A DNA stretch of 64,000 nucleotides from an uncultured Nitrospiraceae bacterium (lineage in GTDB: Bacteria > Nitrospirota > Nitrospiria > Nitrospirales > Nitrospiraceae). The notes beneath the pieces were generated by a model. It did not search any database, had not been told where the DNA came from, and saw nothing but the letters and a program-made list of their open reading frames with translations. This document shows positions 1-9,120 of this stretch, piece by piece. A program made the position numbers and the translations under genes. The first letter of the stretch is position 1; each line of letters opens with the position of its first letter. Where the stretch lies: the NCBI GenBank assembly GCA_963846575.1, contig CAWJWJ010000002.1, positions 1,856,001-1,920,000 of the forward strand. The letters are read 5' to 3'.

Positions 1-27
1 CGATGTGGAATGATGCATGTCTCTCAT
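1..27 (-). CDS. 5' end of a gene running off the left edge (MRDMHHSTS...)
   Basis: ATG at 27 on the minus strand, preceded by a strong RBS (AAGGAGGA). Confidence 0.5.
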
Positions 28-276
28 GGTGTCCTCCTTGTTCTCTCCGCCGTGACCGGCACTCGAACGGGCCGGATCGGCCGGCGCATCATCAGCATCC
101 TCTGCTGCGACAAGTCCCACTCTAGGACAATGAGATGAGGAAACGATTAGTACAACATGAGAAACACTTCATCTGATGAATCGGCAACACACCGCAGAGC
201 CCCCGGCGGCAATGCGTCTGCGTCTGGCCGCCCGGTCAGGCCTCTGCCGAGACGCGGCCTCGTGGCCGACACCGGT

Positions 277-489
277 TCACGTGACCGCATCGACAATCAC
301 GGGCTCCTGCTGTCTTTCCGCATGACGTTCGAGCACCCGCACACCCCAGAGCGCGGAGAGCACCAGCACCGTCCAGAGCAGCAACAGGGCCAGCGCTTTA
401 CGTTCCTCGGTTCGCAAGGCGGCCAGGTCGGTGCCGGACCAGGCCGATGGCTGCGCAAGATACCTTCGGATCCTGCGTCGATCGTTCAT
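277..489 (-). CDS. small membrane protein (70 aa)
   Basis: RBS GGAAGGAGGG upstream; one hydrophobic segment ALALLLLWTVLVLSALWGV. Confidence 0.6.
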   Translation of the reverse strand: MNDRRRIRRYLAQPSAWSGTDLAALRTEERKALALLLLWTVLVLSALWGVRVLERHAERQQEPVIVDAVT

Positions 490-562
490 GGTTCCCTCCT
501 TCCGTCAATCTCCCGTCATGTTGCACCCGCACATCAACGAGACGCAAGCATCAGTAGCCGGC

Positions 563-588
563 GATGTTTGATTGCAAGACCTGACCCC
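563..588 (+). repeat. dispersed repeat copy 1 (GATGTnnGATTGCAAGACCTGACCCC)
   Basis: GATTGCAAGACCTGACCC core recurs exactly at 5820 and 10855. Confidence 0.85.
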
Positions 589-663
589 TATGACGGACCC
601 TGGTGGGCTCCTAGGGATATCATTAGTGGAAATGCCTGGCATGCCGGAAGTATCATCGGCCGT

Positions 664-1926
664 ATGCCCTCAGGAACGAAGACACAAGTCTCCGTAGGCA
701 CTTATTTTGCCCGCGCTCGTGCCAATACGGATGCGCTGTTTCGCCTGCTCCGACCCGACGCGCTCTATGAGCGGCCCGTGCCGGAACGCCACCGGCTCAT
801 TTTTTACCTGGGCCATCTGGAGACGTTTGACTGGAACCAGATCTGTCGCGGTGAATGCGCCGTGCCGTCCTTCCACCCGGACTTCGATCGCCTGTTTGCC
901 TTCGGGATTGACCCTGAACCGGGCCAGGTCTTGACCGACAAGCCGTCCGACTGGCCGGCCGTAGAGGACGTGCGCCAGTACAACGAACGTGTGCGGCAGC
1001 TGGTGGACAGCAGGATCGACGAGGTGCCGGAGCAGATCCTCCGGATCGCCATCGAGCACCGGCTGATGCATGCCGAAACCCTCGCCTATCTGTTCCATGA
1101 TCTGCCGCCCTCCAGCAAAATTCTAGCGCCCGGCGACCGGCCGCGCACCGGTCCTTCTCCGGCACAGGTCATGATCGCAATCCCGGAAGGCAGAGCGACG
1201 CTGGGCCAGACTCGAAACAACGGATTGAACGGGTATGCGGAGGAACAGAACTCCTCCGCCTCGTTCGGTTGGGACAATGAATTCGATGCGCTGGACGTAC
1301 ACGTGCCCTCGTTCGCCATCAGCAAATACAAAGTGACGAACGGGCAATACCTGGAATTTGTGCGGGCCGGTGCAGAGCCTCCCCGCTTCTGGACGATGCA
1401 TGACGGCCGGTGGTTCTGGCGAACCATGTCAGGGGCATTACCGCTCCCGCTCAACTGGCCGGTCTATGTCACCTATCGCCAGGCTCAGGCCTATGCCCGA
1501 TGGGCGGGACAGTCCCTGCCGACCGAACCCCAGTTCCATCGCGCCGCCTATGGCACGCCCTCCGGTGAAGAGCGGGCCTACCCATGGGGCGACGGCCCCC
1601 CGGATCAGCGTGCGGGCAACTTTAACTTTCGCCGGTGGGACCCCATTCCTGTGACGGCGAATCCCATGGGCGACAGCGCCTTCGGAGTTTCTCAACTGGT
1701 GGGCAACGGGTGGGAATGGACCTCGACGCTGTTTCATCCGTTCCCCGGCTTCCAGCCCTTCCCGTCCTACGCGGGGTATTCGGCTCCCTTCTTCGACGGC
1801 GACCACTATGTCCTCAAAGGCGCATCCTCCCGGACCGCAGCCTGTTTCCTGCGGCGGTCATTTCGCAACTGGTTTCGATCGGACTTTCCCTATGTCTATG
1901 CCGGATTCCGATGTGTTGAGAACTGA
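664..1926 (+). CDS. egtB: EgtB/OvoA-family non-heme iron sulfoxide synthase (DinB + FGE-sulfatase domains)
   Basis: RHRLIFYLGH and HRLMHAET (H-x3-H-x-E) iron motif; FGWDNE, GNGWEWT, FRNWF...AGFRC FGE motifs; directly upstream of egtD. Start taken at ATG 664. Confidence 0.8.
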   Translation: MPSGTKTQVSVGTYFARARANTDALFRLLRPDALYERPVPERHRLIFYLGHLETFDWNQICRGECAVPSFHPDFDRLFAFGIDPEPGQVLTDKPSDWPAVEDVRQYNERVRQLVDSRIDEVPEQILRIAIEHRLMHAETLAYLFHDLPPSSKILAPGDRPRTGPSPAQVMIAIPEGRATLGQTRNNGLNGYAEEQNSSASFGWDNEFDALDVHVPSFAISKYKVTNGQYLEFVRAGAEPPRFWTMHDGRWFWRTMSGALPLPLNWPVYVTYRQAQAYARWAGQSLPTEPQFHRAAYGTPSGEERAYPWGDGPPDQRAGNFNFRRWDPIPVTANPMGDSAFGVSQLVGNGWEWTSTLFHPFPGFQPFPSYAGYSAPFFDGDHYVLKGASSRTAACFLRRSFRNWFRSDFPYVYAGFRCVEN

Positions 1927-2932
1927 CCCGCTTTCTTCGCAGGCGCTGCAACCGCATGCATGGCTGGATTTCGCGCATGCCGTGCGCGAGGGTCTGAGCA
2001 AGCCGGGCCAGCGGGAACTCCCTTCCATCTATCTCTACGACGACCTGGGCACGGTGCTGTTCGAAGCCATCACCCTGTTGCCCGAATACGGCTTGACGCG
2101 TGCGGAGGACCGTCTCCTGAGACGGCACGCCTCGTCGATCATCGACCGCCTGCCGACGCCCCTGGTGGTGGCGGAACTGGGCAGCGGCAACGGACGGAAA
2201 ACGCGCCGGCTGCTGGAGAGCATGGCCCGACGCGAAGCCGTCCGCTATTTTCCGATCGACGTCTCGCCATCGGCCCTCGTGAAATGCAAACAGGAACTTT
2301 TCGGGTTGGGCTCCATCAGCATCGTGGGGTTGGAGAATTCCTATCTGGACGGACTCCGCGAGGTCGCGGTCCGCCGCCATCCGGAGGAAACCCTGCTGGT
2401 ATTGTTCCTGGGCAGCGCGGTCGGCAATTTCGAACGGGCCGCAGCCGAAGACTTCCTGCGGGAGATCCGGGAATGTTTACTCCCCGGTGACGCGCTCCTC
2501 ATCGGCACCGATCTCGAAAAATCCCTTGCGGACATGGTGCTGGCGTACGACGATCCGACCGGCGTCACCGCCGCCTTCAACTACAACCTGCTCGCCCGCA
2601 TCAACCGTGAACTCGGCGGGAACTTCGATCTGAGGCACTTCGCGCACGAAGCCCGGTATAACACCGTCGCCCGCCGGATCGAGATGCACCTGCGGTCGAC
2701 GCGGACCCAGACGGTGTCGATTCGAGCAGCGGACTTCGCCTGCAGGTTGGACGAAGGCGAAACGATCTGGACCGAAGCTTGTCACAAGTTCCGGGCCGAC
2801 GAGATTCCAGGCCTGGCGCGGCGAACGGGATTTGGCTGCGACGCGCAATGGATCGACGGTGAATGGGCCTTCGCCGAGAATCTCTGGACCGCCGTCGCCG
2901 ATGCGCCCATCACGTCCAGCCCGAGCCCATGA
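1913..2932 (+). CDS. egtD: L-histidine N-alpha-methyltransferase
   Basis: LYDDLG..LFEAITLLPEYGLTR, ELGSG, FLGS..GNF, AYDD..GVTAAFN, RIEMHL and ETIWTE motifs. Start is approximate (GTG overlapping the egtB end). Confidence 0.9.
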   Translation: MLRTDPLSSQALQPHAWLDFAHAVREGLSKPGQRELPSIYLYDDLGTVLFEAITLLPEYGLTRAEDRLLRRHASSIIDRLPTPLVVAELGSGNGRKTRRLLESMARREAVRYFPIDVSPSALVKCKQELFGLGSISIVGLENSYLDGLREVAVRRHPEETLLVLFLGSAVGNFERAAAEDFLREIRECLLPGDALLIGTDLEKSLADMVLAYDDPTGVTAAFNYNLLARINRELGGNFDLRHFAHEARYNTVARRIEMHLRSTRTQTVSIRAADFACRLDEGETIWTEACHKFRADEIPGLARRTGFGCDAQWIDGEWAFAENLWTAVADAPITSSPSP

Positions 2933-3672
2933 GCCGCCTGATCTCCTTTCAGAACGTCTCTCTCCGTTTCGACAACAAAGACATCCTTCACAATCTGAAC
3001 TTCGACGTGGAAGCCGGAGAAACGCTGGTGCTCCTGGGGCGGAGCGGGTCCGGAAAAACCACCGCCTTGAAAATGGTCAATGCCCTGCTCCGACCGACGG
3101 CCGGTGAGGTCTTCGTGGAGGGCAAGCGGACGACGGACTGGGACCTGATCAGGCTCAGGCGCCGGATCGGCTACGTGATCCAGGATGCCGGCCTGTTCCC
3201 GCATTTCACCATAGCGGCCAATGTCGGACTGGTGCCCCGCCTGGAAGGGTGGAAACCGGGCGTGATAGAAGAACGTGTGCAGGGTCTGCTCCAACAAGTC
3301 GGCCTTCCCCCGGATCAGTTCGCCACCCGTTATCCCCGGCAGCTGTCCGGCGGGCAACGTCAGCGGGTCGGCGTCGCACGGGCCTTGGCTGCCGATCCCC
3401 CCATCATGCTGCTGGACGAACCGTTCGGCGCGCTCGATCCGGTGACCCGCGTCGACATGCAGCGCCAGTTCCTCGAATTGCGCCAGGGTCTCGCCAAGAC
3501 GACCCTGTTCGTCACCCACGATGTCCGGGAAGCCCTGTTGCTCGGCACCAGGGTCGGTCTGCTCCACAACGGCCGGTTGGTGTTTCTCGGGACTCCTGCG
3601 GAGTTCCTCGAGGCGCAGGGTGAAGAAGTCCAGGCGTTCCTCACCTGTCTCGAGCCGGCGAGGAAGTCCTGA
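2929..3672 (+). CDS. osmoprotectant (Opu/OsmV-type) ABC transporter ATPase
   Basis: GRSGSGKT, LSGGQRQRVGVARALAADP, LLDEPFGALD; ATGA overlap with the egtD stop. Confidence 0.9.
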   Translation: MSRLISFQNVSLRFDNKDILHNLNFDVEAGETLVLLGRSGSGKTTALKMVNALLRPTAGEVFVEGKRTTDWDLIRLRRRIGYVIQDAGLFPHFTIAANVGLVPRLEGWKPGVIEERVQGLLQQVGLPPDQFATRYPRQLSGGQRQRVGVARALAADPPIMLLDEPFGALDPVTRVDMQRQFLELRQGLAKTTLFVTHDVREALLLGTRVGLLHNGRLVFLGTPAEFLEAQGEEVQAFLTCLEPARKS

Positions 3673-4289
3673 TGACGTCCGGATTGGCGAGTGAAATTTT
3701 TGAACTGAGCATCGAACACCTGTACCTGGTCCTGGTCTCCATCGCCATTGCCGCGGCAATCGCCATCCCCGTCGGCGTGCTGCTCACGCGGCATCAGCCG
3801 TTGCAGGGATGGGTCCTGGGATTTGCGAATGTCATGCAGACCGTGCCGAGCCTGGCGCTCTTCGGATTTCTGATCCCCATTCCGTTCATCGGCGGGATCG
3901 GAAAACACACGGCCATGATCGCCCTCGTGCTCTACGCGCTCCTGCCGATTCTGCGAAATACCCTCACGGGCATTCTGGGGATCGATCGAGGCGTACGCGA
4001 GTCGGCGGTCGCCATGGGCATGACCGAACGGCAGCTGCTGTTGGAGGTGGAACTTCCACTGGCCACCCGCACGATTCTGGCCGGCCTGCGGATCGCCACC
4101 GTGACGACCATCGGCACTGCCACCATCGCCGCCGCGATCGGCGCGGGCGGGCTCGGCGTCTTTATATTCCGGGGCCTGGCTTCCATTGACCCCACGCTGC
4201 TGTTGGCCGGTGCGGTCCCCGCCGCACTGATCGCCTTGCTAGCCGATCGAGGACTTGAATGGCTCGAAAATACATTATCACCGGTCTGA
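3672..4289 (+). CDS. osmoprotectant ABC transporter permease
   Basis: QTVPSLAL, EAA-like loop ESAVAMGMT, IGAGGLG. Confidence 0.9.
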   Translation: MTSGLASEIFELSIEHLYLVLVSIAIAAAIAIPVGVLLTRHQPLQGWVLGFANVMQTVPSLALFGFLIPIPFIGGIGKHTAMIALVLYALLPILRNTLTGILGIDRGVRESAVAMGMTERQLLLEVELPLATRTILAGLRIATVTTIGTATIAAAIGAGGLGVFIFRGLASIDPTLLLAGAVPAALIALLADRGLEWLENTLSPV

Positions 4290-5146
4290 TCATCGGACTC
4301 TGGATCACCTGGGCGGCAGGGTGCGACAGGGAACGCCCGATCGTGGTGGGATCCAAGAACTTTACCGAGCAGGTCATCCTGGGCGAGATCGTCGCTCAAC
4401 ATCTCGAACACCGGCTGACCCGCAAGGTGGATCGGAAGTTGAACCTGGGCGGGACGCTGTTGGTCCACCAGGCGCTCTTGAACGGAGACGTGGACCTCTA
4501 CCCCGAATACACCGGCACCGCGCTGTTGACCATATTGAAAGTGCCGTCCTCCGCCGATCCCCAAGCGGGAATGGCGGTGGTGCGCTCGGAATATCAGGTG
4601 CGTTTCAAAGTCGAGTGGATGGAACCGCTGGGCTTCAACAACGCCTTTGCCATGGTGATCCGCGGAGACGATGCCCGTTCCAAAAAGATCGATACGCTGA
4701 GCGACGCGGCGCGTGCGGCCACGCCCTGGGCCCTGGGCGTGGGGTACGAATTCCAGCAGCGGGCCGACGGGCTGGCCGGCCTCTTGAAGACCTATAACCT
4801 GCCTGTCGAGGGTTCCTCCAAAACGATGGATCTCGGGTTGCTCTATCGGGCGCTCGAACAGAAGCAGGTCACAATGATCGCCGCGAGCGCCACCGACGGC
4901 CCGCTGTCGGTCCTCGATGTGACGGTGCTCAAGGATGACAAGAAATACTTCCCCCCCTACCAGGCCGCACTCGCCGTGCGCGCGCAGACGCTGAAACGGG
5001 AACCTCGATTGCGGCAGGCGCTGAACGAACTCAGCGGAAAATTCTCCGATCAGATGATGCGCAAGCTGAACCAGCAGGTGGACGGCGAACATCGCGCCAT
5101 CCGCGACGTGGCCGAGCAGTTTTTACGGGATAACAAGCTGAATTAA
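4259..5146 (+). CDS. betaine/ergothioneine-type ABC substrate-binding lipoprotein
   Basis: Lipobox-like WAAGC, VGSKNFTEQ, LGGT, DLYPEYTGT, FPPY. Confidence 0.9.
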   Translation: MARKYIITGLIIGLWITWAAGCDRERPIVVGSKNFTEQVILGEIVAQHLEHRLTRKVDRKLNLGGTLLVHQALLNGDVDLYPEYTGTALLTILKVPSSADPQAGMAVVRSEYQVRFKVEWMEPLGFNNAFAMVIRGDDARSKKIDTLSDAARAATPWALGVGYEFQQRADGLAGLLKTYNLPVEGSSKTMDLGLLYRALEQKQVTMIAASATDGPLSVLDVTVLKDDKKYFPPYQAALAVRAQTLKREPRLRQALNELSGKFSDQMMRKLNQQVDGEHRAIRDVAEQFLRDNKLN

Positions 5147-5189
5147 GCTCGCACCGTTGACGGGTCCGATGGCCGCGCCCGGGTCCCGG

Positions 5190-5300
5190 CTATTCGTCAT
5201 ACTGCTTCGCATTGCCACGGGACTTCTCGACCGGATACTTGGTCTCGTTCTTCTTCAGCTTCGCGCGCACGGCATGGTTCACATCCGGGCCCAGATCGTG
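5190..5300 (-). pseudogene. 3' fragment of a MazG-like pyrophosphohydrolase
   Basis: HDLGPDVNHAVRAKLKKNETKYPVEKSRGNAKQYDE; 12 mismatches in 109 nt against 8399-8507 (hand count). Confidence 0.85.
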
Positions 5301-5464
5301 CAATCCATCCGGCTGACTCCTTCTCTTTGGGATCGTGAAACCGGCGCGGATAAATGCAAGTTGAAGTGGTTCATGGGCAAGAGAGGATGGAAACATTCCG
5401 GGATTGAGGACGTAGCGAAGGTCGGCAGGTTCGTGGGGAGTTTTGACTCGGCGCTCCAGATGCC

Positions 5465-5676
5465 TTATGCGCCGGTCATGAGTTCGGCTTCGAGGGGGTG
5501 GTCTTTCTTGAATCGGCTGACGTTCAGGACGCTAAGCCCAAGACATGCCCCTGTCCGTCCACGCGTTCCATGACCGCCTCGTAAGCCGTGGGCCGCATGA
5601 ACCCGGGCGCATCGCTGAACTGCACTTCCAGAAACGCTCCTTCGGGATCAAACCAGACTTTTACTTTGTCGGCCAT
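5465..5676 (-). pseudogene. DUF2283-like antitoxin, frameshifted
   Basis: MADKVKVWFDPEGAFLEVQFSDAPG...VMERVDGQGHVLG/SVLNVSRFKKDHPLEAEL; 212 nt, one base short near 5533. Confidence 0.7.
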
Positions 5677-5810
5677 ATCGTGTCTCCTGCCTTGAGTTGG
5701 TCAGTCAAATAGGCCGTCACCACAAACCCGTCATGTGGAGGATACTTGACCACGACGCACAGCCATCCCACCAACCAGCGTCTGGGCATAGAACTCATAA
5801 AAGATTTCGG
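5661..5810 (-). pseudogene. 5'-truncated, frameshifted DUF4258/RelE-like toxin remnant
   Basis: FYEFYAQTLVG/WLCVVVKY...FVVTAY...IWPTK overlapping the start of the DUF2283-like gene. Confidence 0.6.
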
Positions 5811-5812
5811 AT

Positions 5813-5838
5813 GATGTGAGATTGCAAGACCTGACCCC
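5813..5838 (+). repeat. dispersed repeat copy 2
   Basis: GATGTGAGATTGCAAGACCTGACCCC. Confidence 0.85.
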
Positions 5839-5895
5839 CACCACCACGCAAGGGCGAGGGCCGGCGGGACGACGACTGCCACCCGCAGAGCACAC

Positions 5896-7725
5896 TCAGT
5901 GCGTCCGGCCAGCCTTCCTCAGCAGACGCGCCAGGTTCACGCCGCTCGAAATCACCCCGATGTGGCTGAAGGCCTGGGGATAGTTGCCCAGAAACGCCCC
6001 CGTGGAAGGATCGATCTCCTCCGGCAACAGCCCAAGGTGGCCGGCTCTTGCGCAGAGGGAGTCATACAACTCCGTGGCCTCAGCCAACCGGCCCTGCTTG
6101 GCCAGATTATCCACCAGCCAGAAACTGCACAGAAGAAACGCACCCTCATGACCGGCGATTCCGTCAGGCGATTCTTCCGGCAGATAACGGTACAGCAACC
6201 CCTGCCCGGCTCCCAGTCGCTCGGACACCGCGCGGGTCGTGGCCACCATCTTAGGATGGTCCGCGGCCACCACCCGTCGAAGCGGCAGCGTCAGAAGACT
6301 CGCATCCAGGCCCCCGCCTCCCAGATGTTCCGTCAGCGACTGGATTTTCGAATCCCAGGCCTCGACGAGGATCGCCTCCTGGATCTCCCGTGCTGTCCGT
6401 TTCCAGGTCTCCACTGGTCCTGGCAAATTGAAGCGGTCGGCCATCCGGGCCGCACGGTCCACCGCCACCTGGCACATGGCAGCCGAATAGGTAAATGGCC
6501 GTCCACTGGTGCGAACCTCCCAGATGCCCTGGTCCGGCTTGCGCCAGGCCTCCCCGGCGGCGTCGATCAGCTTCACGAGTCGATCCCACCGCTCGATGGA
6601 CGTCCCGCCGTGATGGGCCGCCCATTGATAGGCACAGTCGAGAATTTCGCCGTACACATCGTGCTGTTGCTGCGCCGCCGCCGCATTACCCCAGCGCACG
6701 GGCCTGGACCGACGGTAGCCTTCCAGTTCGCGGTCAAGCCGCTCCATCGAGGGCATTCCCCGGTCGAGGTCATACATGACGCTGGGTTTGCCGTCGCGCT
6801 CCACGGCATCCAGCACCCAGGCGAGAAAACCCGCGGCCTCGTGCGAGAGGCCGATGCGATGGAGCGCATAGACCGAAAACGCCGCATCCCGCACCCACGC
6901 ATACCGATAATCCCAATTGCGCTCCCCCCCGATGAGTTCCGGCAGCGATGACGTCGGCGCCGCGACGATCGCGCCGTTTTCGAAGTGATCCAGGAGTTTG
7001 ATGGTGATGGCGGAGCGGCGAACCAGGGCCTCCTGGGGCCCATCGTACGTCAGACATTCCAGCCATCGCTCCCAGACCGCCACCGTATCCCTGCGGAGCG
7101 CCGCCCCGTCGAAACGGTCCACATGCGCGGACCCTTGACGCCAACAGAGGAGCAGCGAGCACGATTGCCCGGCCGTGATCGTCACCAAGGTGCGCAGCCC
7201 GGTCAGCGGGATGGTGGAGGAGAGGTGCAGGTTCAGACCGGGCTGGGCATGACAGCGGATGCGGATTCCTCCGTCACGCGGCTCCGCCTCAGCTCCTCCA
7301 CGGGGTTCGATATGGATCGTCAGGTCGACACGCCCTTCGACGACCGTGACAGTCCGAAGCAGTTCACGACGCGTCGCCGGAACATCCTGAGAGAGGTCGG
7401 CCCCGGCCACCAACGGACAGAAATCCGTGACGCGCACCAGACCGGTCGAAGTCCGCATCTCGGTCACCAACAGGGCCGTATCCGGCTCATAGAATTGGCG
7501 GGACTCCCGCACCCTGTCAGGCGCAATGGTGAAATGGCCCCCGCGCGTGGCATCGAGCAGACTGCAGAACAAGGGGGGAGAATCGAAACGGGGCAGACAG
7601 AGCCATACCAGACGTCCGTCACGCCCGATGAGCGCCGCGGTCGCGCCGTCGCCCACGAGGCCATGATCTTCAATCGGCAAATAGCCGTCGATCCGGTGAA
7701 AGTCCTTCCACCCCGGTTCCGTCAT
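5896..7725 (-). CDS. glycoside hydrolase family 15 (glucoamylase/trehalase-like)
   Basis: PIEDHGLVGD, CLPRFDS, GAIVAAPTSSLPE..GG.RNWDYRY.W.RD, GIWEVR, GNYPQAFSH; RBS GGAGG before MTEPG. Confidence 0.92.
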   Translation of the reverse strand: MTEPGWKDFHRIDGYLPIEDHGLVGDGATAALIGRDGRLVWLCLPRFDSPPLFCSLLDATRGGHFTIAPDRVRESRQFYEPDTALLVTEMRTSTGLVRVTDFCPLVAGADLSQDVPATRRELLRTVTVVEGRVDLTIHIEPRGGAEAEPRDGGIRIRCHAQPGLNLHLSSTIPLTGLRTLVTITAGQSCSLLLCWRQGSAHVDRFDGAALRRDTVAVWERWLECLTYDGPQEALVRRSAITIKLLDHFENGAIVAAPTSSLPELIGGERNWDYRYAWVRDAAFSVYALHRIGLSHEAAGFLAWVLDAVERDGKPSVMYDLDRGMPSMERLDRELEGYRRSRPVRWGNAAAAQQQHDVYGEILDCAYQWAAHHGGTSIERWDRLVKLIDAAGEAWRKPDQGIWEVRTSGRPFTYSAAMCQVAVDRAARMADRFNLPGPVETWKRTAREIQEAILVEAWDSKIQSLTEHLGGGGLDASLLTLPLRRVVAADHPKMVATTRAVSERLGAGQGLLYRYLPEESPDGIAGHEGAFLLCSFWLVDNLAKQGRLAEATELYDSLCARAGHLGLLPEEIDPSTGAFLGNYPQAFSHIGVISSGVNLARLLRKAGRTH

Positions 7726-8041
7726 ACCGCCTCCCTTAAGAGATCGATGTCGATAGTCCGGCCGGCCCGGGCCAGAGGCACACAACAGAACACGCCTCTC
7801 GCCATCCTGCGCGCAGGGACGCCCTCCCGGCCCCCCTTCCAACAGCCGTTCACAAGATCACCCCACCGGGACATCCAACAGAGACATCTCACATCCCAGA
7901 TCCGGACGCAGGCCGCAGCGAACCTGATCTTTCCCTGTTGACCGGGAGTCATCCCCTCGCCCTCGCCCCGCACGGGCCGACCCGAGAAACGGGACCTCCT
8001 GTGTCTCTATACGACCGGGCCGCCCATTTCGTCTCAACGGT

Positions 8042-8137
8042 TCAACGGACCTTCTTCCGCCTGCCCTTCAGCAGCACGATGACACCCACGATGCCGATGA
8101 TCAGGGCGAGCCCGCCGATGATGGCCAAGGGTTCCAT
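8042..8137 (-). CDS. 31-aa single-TM peptide with a basic tail
   Basis: MEPLAIIGGLALIIGIVGVIVLLKGRRKKVR with purine-rich sequence upstream. Confidence 0.5.
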   Translation of the reverse strand: MEPLAIIGGLALIIGIVGVIVLLKGRRKKVR

Positions 8138-8396
8138 AATCCTTCGTTGTCTCCTGTCCGGCTCTGGTGAGAGGCGATCGCCGCCGTCATCCGGTAACGT
8201 GCGCAAGGGCTCGATGGTGCCTGCTTGCTTGCTCGTCATTACAGACCATGCCGGATCAACCTGGTCGAATGCAAACGCCTCCTGATTGAGAAACCGCGGA
8301 GTTCGCAGCCCGACGCCCTGGAGATAACCAGGCAGCCGATGGCCCGTTCAATTCCAGGAAAGCCCGCCCCGCGATGGCCGCTTCGCATGGATCTGT

Positions 8397-8741
8397 TCAT
8401 TCGTCATACTTTTTGGCATTCCCGCGGCACTTCTCGACCGGATACTTGGCCTCGTTCTTCTTCAGCTTCGCGCGCACGGCGTCGTTCACGTCCAGGCCCA
8501 GGTCGTGGCAGAGGTAGGAGAGGAGGATCACGACATCGGCGATTTCATCCTCCACCCGCTCCCGTGCCGGGCCGTTCAGGAGACTCGCCACCTCGTCGTG
8601 TGTTTTCCATTGGAAGATCTCCAGCAGTTCGCTCGCCTCGACCGTAACGGCGGCGGCCAGCTCCTTGGGCTTGTGAAACTGCTCCCAGTCACGCTTCCGC
8701 CGGAATTCCAATACCGCAGCCATTACGTCGTCGTTCAACAT
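8397..8741 (-). CDS. MazG-like nucleotide pyrophosphohydrolase (dCTPase-like)
   Basis: RDWEQFHKPKELA...EASELLEIFQW...DEIADV...KNEAKYP; RBS AGGAG. Confidence 0.9.
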   Translation of the reverse strand: MLNDDVMAAVLEFRRKRDWEQFHKPKELAAAVTVEASELLEIFQWKTHDEVASLLNGPARERVEDEIADVVILLSYLCHDLGLDVNDAVRAKLKKNEAKYPVEKCRGNAKKYDE

Positions 8742-9120
8742 CTCGGTTCTCTCCTGATGATTCTCCTGATATGGGGGCGGGACCGGTGGTCGCTGCATCG
8801 CATCAGGTACGGGGTCCCCCGCCACCCTAGGATCGTGAATCGGCTCCGGGGAATGCAAGCCGAATCGCCCAGGCCATGACCCACGCCCGACCCGACCCCC
8901 AGTTGAAACAGCCGGCATGTCTGTGGCCATCACCGTACCGGCGATGTGAACGAGCAAAAGCGGTCGATCCGCTCCGCCCTGCTGCCGCGCAGGGCAGATC
9001 CAGGCCCGATAGGGCTGCGGGAGCGATGATTGAATTAGCTTGCGGAGTGGCGTAGAGGTTGATGCAGCCACGACTCTTCACCCGTCTCTTGTCCCGGCGG
9101 GGCTTGCGGGAGGTCCGCTC

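Noticed and set aside
157..663. N-terminal extension of the 589-aa ORF
   Set aside because: It overlaps an RBS-supported minus-strand gene and the repeat; family motifs begin only after ATG 664.
664..2932. Selenoneine (senABC) cluster
   Set aside because: No SenB glycosyltransferase or SelD-like gene is nearby.
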